From: an uncultured Clostridia bacterium
GTDB taxonomy: Bacteria; Bacillota; Clostridia; TANB77; CAG-508
DNA: 64,000 bases
NCBI GenBank assembly: GCA_947630185.1
Contig: CANRGT010000002.1
Span: 45,467 to 109,466 of the forward strand
Reading direction: 5' to 3'
A program made the translations under genes and the position numbers. Below the pieces are notes generated by a model. It ran no database searches and had not been told where the DNA came from. It saw nothing but the letters and a program-made list of their open reading frames with translations. Shown in pieces: positions 8,551 to 17,600 of this stretch; positions within the stretch are counted from its first letter, which is position 1; every line of letters starts with the position of its first letter.

Positions 8551-11500
8551 ATGATAAGAAAGAAAATGAAAAAAGTATTAAGATTCATCTTATTAATGAG
8601 TATAATAAATTTGCTCATAGTAGGTATATTCCAAAAAAGTACTGTTTCTGTAGCGGTTGTAGATGCAGGAATAATGACAATAAGCAATGGTACTACAGAT
8701 GGTAGTTTTACAATAGAACCTAGTGAATTAGCAGATAAAAGAATGTCAGAAAAGGGTCCAGATGATATAGATTGGAAAACCTTGCCTGATGATTATGACG
8801 AAAGTAAAGGTGGATTACAAGTAAGTACTTCAGAAACTACATATAAATATACAGATGAAAATGGTACAGAACATAATTATTTAGTATGCGATACATTAAA
8901 GACAGAAGATGGAAAAGCCGTAGCGCCAATGATAGGTGATAATCCAGTTTATTGTATTGACCCAGGAGGCCATGTAAGTACAAGTAAAATTAATGGTGAC
9001 TTAACCATGGCAAAATATAAAGAGTTACAAGCAAAATATAGTGAAAATGATGGCATAGTAGAAAAAAATGACTGTATATACGAAGATGGTCATCTTGACG
9101 GTTGTGGTAGCACAACTACAGAAACGACACCGATATATTATGAAGAAGAAGGTACATATCCACTATCTGCTGAAGAAGCATTTATAGTTTCAGCAGATGG
9201 AGGAGAATGGAGTTTGGATAAAAATAGAGCACTTTGGAATATACAACAAAGAGAAGCAGAAGCAAATGGTAAGTCATTTCCAACAGATTATAATGGAAAA
9301 GGAGAAAGTACATTATCTCAGCCTGCAGCCGAATATGCAGAATTTTATGACCGTGTATTGAATGAAGGAGGTCTATCTCCACAAGACTCTACAGGAGGTG
9401 TTGCATTATTACAACCAAATTACGATACACAAACGTATACGGCAGGACCATTTAGTATTGATTATAATGATGCTTGTACTGAATTAGGAAATGGAGGAAT
9501 ATCTAGTATAAATATTATAGGGTTTACTACAGATGGCCAGAGAGTGGGGTTAGGAGAAGCTCTTGACAGTAGTGGTAATAAATTTGATTACTATAAACCA
9601 GATGAAAATGGTGAAGATAAAGATGGAATGAACTGTCCTAAATCAGGTGATGGATTCTTTACAAGTTTTAGTAATCCAAATGATGGAAGTAGAGATAGTT
9701 ATATTTCAACTATTTCTGTAGAAGTAACCTTTCAATATATGTTAGCTTTTGGGCAAGAAACAAAATATAAAGGACATCAATGGAAAATTGATTATAAAGT
9801 GGGTGATGAAGGAGAGCACAGCTGTGAGCAAACATCATCAAGAACAAAGACATTAGAAGAATGGCAAGAAGAAAACCCAGATAAAGATTCAAGCGAATAT
9901 AAGTATGATGAAACAGTTGACGAAACAGTAACAGTTACAGATCAATCTTGTGTAAAAAGAGCTACATGTAGTGATTGTGCTCTTGACCCAGGAATACAAG
10001 AAATATCAATAAAAAAGGCAGAAAGATTTTATTATACTGAAACTATAGTATTACAGATAGATGTTCCAACACCAGGAGATGATGATAACACAGATGATGA
10101 TAACGATGATGACGATATAACACCAACCCCAACAGGAAGAATAACAGAAAGAACAACAGGAACACCAACCCCAACAGGAAGAATAACAGGAAGAACAACA
10201 GGAACACCAACCCCAACAGGAAGAACAACAGGAACACCAACACCAACAGGGAAAACAACAGGAACGCCAACAGGGACACCAACGCCAACAGGGAAAACAA
10301 CAGGAACACCAACACCAACAGGAGGAACAACTGACGACGATAATGACGACGATGATGATGATGACGATATAACACCGACACCAACACCAACACCAACGCC
10401 TACACCACCAGGAGAGGTAGTTAATCCACCTAGCCTTTTCATAAATTTAGGTGGAAAAGTATGGGAAGATACAGTAGAAGGAAATAAAGAAACTGTTTCA
10501 AACGGATTATTGGATTCAGGTGATAAACCGCTAAAAAATGTAAAGGTAACCTTGTATACATCAGATGGACAGTTAGCTAAAGTATATCAAGGAAAAAATA
10601 CTAAAAATGTATACTCACATATTAATCCAACGTATACGGATGCAGATGGTACTTATTTATTTAAGTATATAGATCCAATGAAAAAATATTATGTAACTTT
10701 TGAATACAATGGACAAGTATATATCCCAACAGATTATCTAAAACAAGATACGAATGGTAACAGTAATTGGACCATAAATTCAAAAGCAACAGAAAACTTA
10801 GATGGTACAGATATTTATGGTAACTCCGATGGAAATGGAAGAAATCAATATGATGAACGTTTTGCCTCAATTGGTTCATATCCTAACAATTATGTAACTA
10901 ATAATTCATTAGGATATTTAAGTGCAAATACAGATGGTAAAATATATAATAAAACCTTTAGTAAATTAGAATTGATGGGAATTACTTTAGGAACAGATGG
11001 AAAATATTATTATAATCCAAATAATCAATTAATAGATTATGAAGATTTAGGATATGATGCGGTTGATTCACAAGGAAATCAAGCTCCTAAAAAGGATGAA
11101 AATGGAAAAGCAGTAAAAGATGGTATAATTTCAACAAAAGTTAGAGAATATATTGAAAAAAACAAGGCTTTCCCAGATATGAAAACAGTTTATAATGACA
11201 TAATCCAATCAAGTAATGACCCAAATATAAAAGAAAAATTACAATTTATAGAAGATTGTAAAATAACATCATACACTAAATCACAATCTGCAGTAAAAGG
11301 ACAATGGGATTTATATCCAACAATCAATAAATTCAGTATAAATGATAGAATTATTGAAGATGGTGAAGGTGGAGGAACATTTACGGATGAAGATGGAAAC
11401 GAATATAACTTAAAGCTAAAAGAAAATATGGATTATGAATCATGGAAGGAATTTGTTGAAAAACAAGGCTCATATTGGAATGGTCAAGATGGAATGATAG

Positions 11501-14364
11501 GGCAAGATATATATGAAGTTGTTTATCCAAACAATTATTATATTAATCTAGGTTTAGTAAGAAGACCTGAAGCAGATATATCACTTACAAAAGACGTATT
11601 TAAAGCAGCCTTAACAATAAATGGACAATCACAAGTTTACGATTATGACGATAGAGGAGATACAGAAGATACAGAAGATTACCAATATCCATATTGGGAT
11701 ATCGGTGCAAGGGTTTCTGATTATGAAAAATACTATAATAGTATATATGAAAGATCAGTATACCCATCTGATGCAAACTCAAATTTAGGCAATAATGATA
11801 ATGCAAACAAGAGATTAGACATTTATGTTACATATAAAATAGCAGTTAGAAACTCTTCACAAAGTATGCAAGCACAAATAGATGAAATTGTAGATTACTA
11901 TGATGCAGACTATGAAAGTTTAGTTCCGGAAATGTCATGGGTAATGTATAGGGGACAAAGCAAGGACAACGTAGAAAATAGAAAAATGATAAATGTTTCA
12001 GATGAAGAATATTTAAAAATAATAGATGGTAAAAATATTTCATATGCTAACGAGGGATATTCAGCTGATAATCCAAAATATAAACCATTATATATTGGAG
12101 AAAATTATTCTCCTAATGAAGGAAATTATCTAAATAATACGAGATGGGATTTAACAATAGATGGTGAAACATATAAAGCAACACATATAAATGGTTTGAA
12201 AGATCGAAAATTACAAACTGGTGAAAGTGGATATGTCTTCTTAACTTTCAAACTAGGAAGAAATCAAAATAATAATAAACTATTATTAGATAATCAAATT
12301 ACTTCTAAACAAAACATAGCAGAAGTAAATGGTTATACTACATGGTATAATGATGGAGTTACATTACCAAATGGAATCACAAAAAATTCAAATAACCATG
12401 CAGGAATAATAGATAAGGATTCTACACCTGGTAACTTTGATAACAGTAAAATAAATAACGATAAATGGGAAAACAACATGGAAGACGATACAGATAGAGC
12501 AAAAGGAATTAAAATATATGAAGATTCAAATCTGGTAAGAAAAATAAGTGGTGTAGCGTGGGAAGATAAGAGAACATATTCACCAGAAGAAACAAATGCA
12601 CTTATAGGAAATGGTTTAAGAGAAGACGGTGAAGTAGGAGTAAATGGAATTACTGTAAATTTATATGAAGTAATTAATCGTATTACTAATGATACACCAG
12701 CTAGAAGATATGAAAATGGAGATTGGACTAGTGATCCAATAAAAACACATAGCGAAACAATAGATGGTGAAAATGTTGATGGATACTATAGCTTTGAAGG
12801 CTATATACCAGGAGATTATATAGTAAGGTTCACATATGGAGGAGAAGGTTGTGAAGATTATAATGGACAAGACTATAAATCAACAAGTTATCAAAGATAT
12901 CTTCATATTAACAACCGAGGAGAATATAAGCTTGATGAAATAGACCAAAATGCAACAACAGATATTAGTTCTAATGACATTAATGCTAATCATTATTTAG
13001 GCTATATATATCCAGAGCTTGATACTCAAAATGAATCAGCTGGATATGGTTACAGTATAGATAGGGCAGATAATTTTGTAGATAGTTCTGGTAAAAAATT
13101 AAACGTATCAGATGCAAAAGACCTTCTAGGAACAATTCAAGGTTATACATTATATGGACAAGGAAGAGCAAGATTTTATGAAGATAAATATACTAAGGAA
13201 ATAAAAAATTCTGTGGCAACATCACCTGAGTATTTATATCCAACAATGGTAGCAGAAACAGGTGTAATAAGAGCAGAAGTTGAATATAACAGAGAATTTA
13301 CAGAAGGCAATAATAGTGGAGAATATCACATAAGAGATTTAGACTTTGGATTAGAAGAAAGACCAAAAGCAGGATTAGAGTTAGACAAGAAAGTAAGTAA
13401 CGTAAAATTAACACTTTCAAATCAAACAGTACTATTTGATGCAACACAAAGTGTAGAAGATTTAATTTGGCAACCAAAACAAAGCTACAATATAAATAAC
13501 ATGAAAAATGAAACAACATATGATAAGGTAGGACCAACTGCATCTAATCCAGAAAGAGTATATAGTGATTACACAAGATACAACGACTTTAGACAAGCAG
13601 TATTAGACAGAGTTTACACAATGGCAACTGGAAATAAAGGATTAATTCAACTAACAATGGATGAAGAAATAATGCATGGTGCAACAATAGAAATAACCTA
13701 TGACATGACAGTTACAAATATAGGTGAAGAAGATTACAAGGATAATTATTTCTACTATCTAGGAAGGATAACAAACAAACATACAATTGTAGGTGGTGGA
13801 ATAGACGACACAGATACGATTGTAAAAACAACAGCAAATGAAGTAATAGACTATGTAGAAAACAACTTACAATATAGAGAAGCTAATAACAATACTGATT
13901 GGAGATGGAGAACAATTACTCAAGAAGATTCAAAACAATATATAGATAATACATTATATGAAGAAGCAATAAAAGGAAAATATAATACAATCCTTATGAC
14001 AACTGCATTAAATAAACCATTAATTCCATTAGGAAGTAGCGAAAATGAAAATGATAGTAAAGATAGAACTCAATTAATATTAACACAAACAATAACATCA
14101 CAAAACACAGCAGACGATTTATCATACAAGAATATGGCAGAAATAGTATCAATTTCAAATGATGTAGGAAGAAGAATGGCATTTTCAATACAAGGAGATC
14201 AAAATCCAAAATTAGCACCAGCAGAACCAGACGCAAGCAGAGCAGAAGATGTAACAATACTTCCACCATTTGGTGAACACTATGTATACATTGGACTTGC
14301 TATATTCATTATAACAATATTAGCTGTCAGTGTTGTAACTATAAAGAAAACAGTACTTAAATAA
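8551..14364 (+). CDS. Large surface protein, B-type copy 1 (1937 aa); putative thioester-domain-like adhesin with an acidic/Pro-Thr linker
   Basis: An AAAGGAGG RBS precedes the start, which is 20 nt after the A1 stop. It has a signal peptide and an N-terminal domain with VYCIDPGGH and KNRALW motifs. A poly-Asp plus TPTPTG tandem-repeat linker follows. Two SdrD-B-like modules are present (GGKVWEDT...TDADGTYLF...YYVTFEYNGQ; GVAWEDKR...GYYSFEGYIPGDYIVRFTY), plus a DUF11-like motif (GATIEITYDMTVTNIGEEDY). The C-terminus is LPPFG plus a TM helix plus KKTVLK. Confidence 0.9.
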   Translation: MIRKKMKKVLRFILLMSIINLLIVGIFQKSTVSVAVVDAGIMTISNGTTDGSFTIEPSELADKRMSEKGPDDIDWKTLPDDYDESKGGLQVSTSETTYKYTDENGTEHNYLVCDTLKTEDGKAVAPMIGDNPVYCIDPGGHVSTSKINGDLTMAKYKELQAKYSENDGIVEKNDCIYEDGHLDGCGSTTTETTPIYYEEEGTYPLSAEEAFIVSADGGEWSLDKNRALWNIQQREAEANGKSFPTDYNGKGESTLSQPAAEYAEFYDRVLNEGGLSPQDSTGGVALLQPNYDTQTYTAGPFSIDYNDACTELGNGGISSINIIGFTTDGQRVGLGEALDSSGNKFDYYKPDENGEDKDGMNCPKSGDGFFTSFSNPNDGSRDSYISTISVEVTFQYMLAFGQETKYKGHQWKIDYKVGDEGEHSCEQTSSRTKTLEEWQEENPDKDSSEYKYDETVDETVTVTDQSCVKRATCSDCALDPGIQEISIKKAERFYYTETIVLQIDVPTPGDDDNTDDDNDDDDITPTPTGRITERTTGTPTPTGRITGRTTGTPTPTGRTTGTPTPTGKTTGTPTGTPTPTGKTTGTPTPTGGTTDDDNDDDDDDDDITPTPTPTPTPTPPGEVVNPPSLFINLGGKVWEDTVEGNKETVSNGLLDSGDKPLKNVKVTLYTSDGQLAKVYQGKNTKNVYSHINPTYTDADGTYLFKYIDPMKKYYVTFEYNGQVYIPTDYLKQDTNGNSNWTINSKATENLDGTDIYGNSDGNGRNQYDERFASIGSYPNNYVTNNSLGYLSANTDGKIYNKTFSKLELMGITLGTDGKYYYNPNNQLIDYEDLGYDAVDSQGNQAPKKDENGKAVKDGIISTKVREYIEKNKAFPDMKTVYNDIIQSSNDPNIKEKLQFIEDCKITSYTKSQSAVKGQWDLYPTINKFSINDRIIEDGEGGGTFTDEDGNEYNLKLKENMDYESWKEFVEKQGSYWNGQDGMIGQDIYEVVYPNNYYINLGLVRRPEADISLTKDVFKAALTINGQSQVYDYDDRGDTEDTEDYQYPYWDIGARVSDYEKYYNSIYERSVYPSDANSNLGNNDNANKRLDIYVTYKIAVRNSSQSMQAQIDEIVDYYDADYESLVPEMSWVMYRGQSKDNVENRKMINVSDEEYLKIIDGKNISYANEGYSADNPKYKPLYIGENYSPNEGNYLNNTRWDLTIDGETYKATHINGLKDRKLQTGESGYVFLTFKLGRNQNNNKLLLDNQITSKQNIAEVNGYTTWYNDGVTLPNGITKNSNNHAGIIDKDSTPGNFDNSKINNDKWENNMEDDTDRAKGIKIYEDSNLVRKISGVAWEDKRTYSPEETNALIGNGLREDGEVGVNGITVNLYEVINRITNDTPARRYENGDWTSDPIKTHSETIDGENVDGYYSFEGYIPGDYIVRFTYGGEGCEDYNGQDYKSTSYQRYLHINNRGEYKLDEIDQNATTDISSNDINANHYLGYIYPELDTQNESAGYGYSIDRADNFVDSSGKKLNVSDAKDLLGTIQGYTLYGQGRARFYEDKYTKEIKNSVATSPEYLYPTMVAETGVIRAEVEYNREFTEGNNSGEYHIRDLDFGLEERPKAGLELDKKVSNVKLTLSNQTVLFDATQSVEDLIWQPKQSYNINNMKNETTYDKVGPTASNPERVYSDYTRYNDFRQAVLDRVYTMATGNKGLIQLTMDEEIMHGATIEITYDMTVTNIGEEDYKDNYFYYLGRITNKHTIVGGGIDDTDTIVKTTANEVIDYVENNLQYREANNNTDWRWRTITQEDSKQYIDNTLYEEAIKGKYNTILMTTALNKPLIPLGSSENENDSKDRTQLILTQTITSQNTADDLSYKNMAEIVSISNDVGRRMAFSIQGDQNPKLAPAEPDASRAEDVTILPPFGEHYVYIGLAIFIITILAVSVVTIKKTVLK
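10078..10410 (+). repeat. In-frame coding low-complexity region and tandem repeats in B1: GAT/GAC (Asp) tracts flanking imperfect 30-42-nt TPTPTG(R/K)(ITxR)TT units, then a (TP)n run
   Basis: Read directly: PGDDDNTDDDNDDDDI TPTPTGRITERTTG TPTPTGRITGRTTG TPTPTGRTTG TPTPTGKTTG TPTG TPTPTGKTTG TPTPTGGTT DDDNDDDDDDDDI TPTPTPTPTPTPP. Confidence 0.9.
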
Positions 14365-14374
14365 TAAAGTAAAA

Positions 14375-14406
14375 AAGAGATGATTTAAATATCATCTCTT
14401 TTTTTG
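14375..14406 (+). terminator. Rho-independent terminator after B1
   Basis: A perfect 10-bp stem, AAGAGATGAT (14375-14384) with ATCATCTCTT (14391-14400), has a 6-nt loop and runs into a T-tract ending at 14406. Confidence 0.8.
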
Positions 14407-14578
14407 CTATAAATATTTAATTATATTTGTAAATAATAACATTTTCAAATATTAGAATTATTAATATAAAGATTATAAAATTATAAAAAAATGCAATATA
14501 AACTTAATATATTGACATAAATATATGATTTCTGTAAACAAAATTTACATTTTTTGTATATTTCTAGGCGAAAAAGCA

Positions 14579-14606
14579 TTGAAAAATGAAAAAAATGTGA
14601 TATAAT
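14579..14606 (+). promoter_or_regulatory. Putative sigma-A-type promoter of the A2-B2 cassette
   Basis: TTGAAA (14579-14584), a 16-nt spacer, then an extended -10 TGaTATAAT (14598-14606). It is positionally equivalent to the A1 element. Confidence 0.5.
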
Positions 14607-14653
14607 TGATATTATAGAATAATTATGTCTAAAAATAAATTTAGGAGGTTACT

Positions 14654-17600
14654 ATGAAAATGAGAAGAAAAATACTAGCAACTATTATGCTAATAATATT
14701 ACTTAGTGGTAATTTGTTAAATGTAGGGTCACAAGTAATTGCATTAGCAAGTACATTACCTACGCAAAATAGTAAAACAAATAATTCTAATGTAGAATTT
14801 AATAGTTACTTAGAAGAAGGAGAATCACATGACAAAACCTTTGAAGTATCAAAGGGAGGAAAATTATACATAAACCTTAAAGTAAAAGAAAATGGCTATT
14901 TAAAAGATGGAGTAATAGAATTCCAAAACAGCAACTTCAATCTAGATAGTAGCCAAATAGAATCTGAATATATACAAAAAATAGAAAATGGAAAAATCTA
15001 TTTAGAGCAAATGCAAAGTGGAGAAGAATGTGTAATAGAATTACCAATAGAATTTGCAAAAAGCGAAAAAATAGACAGCGACTATTTCTCAAAAGAAGTC
15101 AAAACATTGTTTACAGCAGATTACATAAATGGAAATGGAAATGAGAAAAAAATACAAAAAGAAGTAGTAAATAAAATAGGCTGGCAAGTTGAATCAGAAA
15201 TAGAAATAGAAGGAAAATTAAATAAATATTTACCATACCATATCGGAGAAGAATATGGTGTTATTTTTCAGAGCAAAATTGACTTAGGAATAAAAGATAA
15301 CAAGGCACCAATAGCAAAAACAAACTTAGAAGTAGAAGTACCAACAATAAATAACCAAGAAGCAGAAAGAGTAAGTGTAGTATTAAATTCAAATAAAGAA
15401 GATGAAGTAGAAGAAAAAAATATTACAACCTACAATTATGAAAAAGAAAATCAAAAAGTAATGATAGAAACAGTAAGAGAAAAAGACGAAGAAGGAAAAA
15501 TAGATTGGGAAGAAGGAAAAGACGAATATATAGTAACAAGCGTATATACAGGAGAAGAAGTATATAATTATGTAAATAATAAATTAAAAGAAGCAGAAGC
15601 AGGAAAATTAACAGAAGAAGAAATAAAAGAAGGACAAGTAAATGATAAAGCAATAACAGGAAACATTTTAGCAACAGCAAATATAGAAACATATGATGGA
15701 AAAAGTAGCACAGTTGAAATAGGAAGAAAAGGATCATATGTAGTAGAAGGACCAATAGGAAAAATAACAGATATAAATGTAGAAAGTCCAAAAGAAATAA
15801 GCAAAGGATATTTATATGCAAACTATGATAAGGAAGAAAATAAACAAGAAACAATATATGACATAACCTATATAACACCAATATATGATAAAGTATTAAA
15901 TAGTAGTATAGAATATCAAATAAACAATGACAAAGTAGAATATGAAGGAGAATTATATTCAGCAGAAAACAATATATATGTAAAACAAATAAAAATATCT
16001 AAAACAAACTTTATAAAACTTTTAGGAGATAGCGGATCAATAAAAGTAAGTAAAAAAGATGGAACAGTTATAGGAATTATCGTAAGTGATGAAACAAGAG
16101 CAGTAATAAATAACCTACCAGAAGATGCTTTAATGAATACTTTTGATGATGAAAATGGAAGTTATGTATTAAATATAGAAAAACAAAAATTAAGTGAATT
16201 ACTAATAGAAACTTCAACTCCAAAATCAGAAGGTAGATTAGTTGTAACATTAACAAAAGCATTTTCAGCAGATAACAATTACACAAAAGACCAAATGAAA
16301 GAATTAACTAAAATACAAACAGAAGTTATAGAAAGAACAGGTATAGATTCAAAAACAATAACAAGTGATATAAAATTAACAGAAGTAACAAATAAAGCAG
16401 AGATAAACATAAATCCAGAAAGTTTATCAACAGTAATAGTAAATAAAGATGTAGGAATAAGAGCAGTATTAGATACATCAAGTATAAATTATGCATTATA
16501 CAAAAATCCAACATTAAAAATAAGATTTCCATCATATATAAGTGATGTAAAATTAAATAGTAAAAATATTTTAATGAATAATGGATTAAAAATAAAAAGT
16601 GTTAATGTAGAAAAAGAAGATGGTGTACCTGTAATTAATATTATATTAGAAGGAACACAATCAGACTATACACTAGATGCAGAATATAAAGGAACTATTA
16701 TATTATTAAATGCAGATATAACAGTAAAAACATTAACACCATCAAATGAAAATAAGATAGAAATGATTTACATAAATGAAAATGATGTTGTAAAAGAAAA
16801 ACAAGGAAAAGTAGAAACAAAAGTAAATTTTGTAGCACCAACTGGAGTTGTGTCTGCAAATGCAATAGCAAATTATGCTGAAAACAGTAAAGAAGTAATG
16901 TCAATATCAGATAAAACAGAAGAAGTACAAATAGAAACATATAGTGATAAAAAAGTAGCAACAGTAACAGGAACAGTAGTAAATAATTATGGTAACAAAA
17001 TAACAGACTTAAAAATATTAGGAAGACTACCATCAAAGGATAATAGAAAAATAGATTCAGAAGAAGAAATAGGTTCAACCTTTGATGCAGTAATAAATTC
17101 AGAAATAAAAGTAACAGGTTTAGAAAATTATAAAGTATATTATTCAAATAAAGTAGATGCAAATTCAAACTTAGAAGATGCAGAAAATGGATGGACAGAA
17201 AAATTTAGCAAAGAAGCAAAATCATACATGATATTAGCAGATGAAGGCTATGAAATGAATGAACAAGAAGTAATAACCTTTAGCTATGATATAGAAGTAC
17301 CAGCAAACTTAAGTTATAACAATAGTAGCTATGAGATGTATAAAGTATATTATACAAATACATCAGAAGTAGGAAGCTTAGAAGAAACAAAAGAATCACC
17401 AGTAATAGCATTAACAACTGGTGAAGGACCAGAATTAGATGTAAAACTAGAATCTACAGCAGATGTAATAAGAGAAGGACAAACAGTAAAAATGAATGTA
17501 ACTGTAACAAATACAGGAGATATGGCAGTTACAAATGCAAAATTAAATATTCCAAAACCAGAATATGCAAAATTTTCAGTTTATACATATAATATGGGAT

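Noticed and set aside
10078-10410. Whether the regular short repeats could be a CRISPR array.
   Set aside because: The units are 30-42 nt, contiguous with no unique spacers, in frame inside a 1937-aa ORF, and encode a Pro/Thr/Gly peptide repeat. No cas genes are present.
10032-10442. Minus-strand ORFs of 136 aa and 117 aa with (GV)n and L-rich repeats.
   Set aside because: They are the antisense reading of the in-frame TPTPTG/poly-Asp repeats of B1. They have no RBS and lie fully inside a strongly supported plus-strand CDS.
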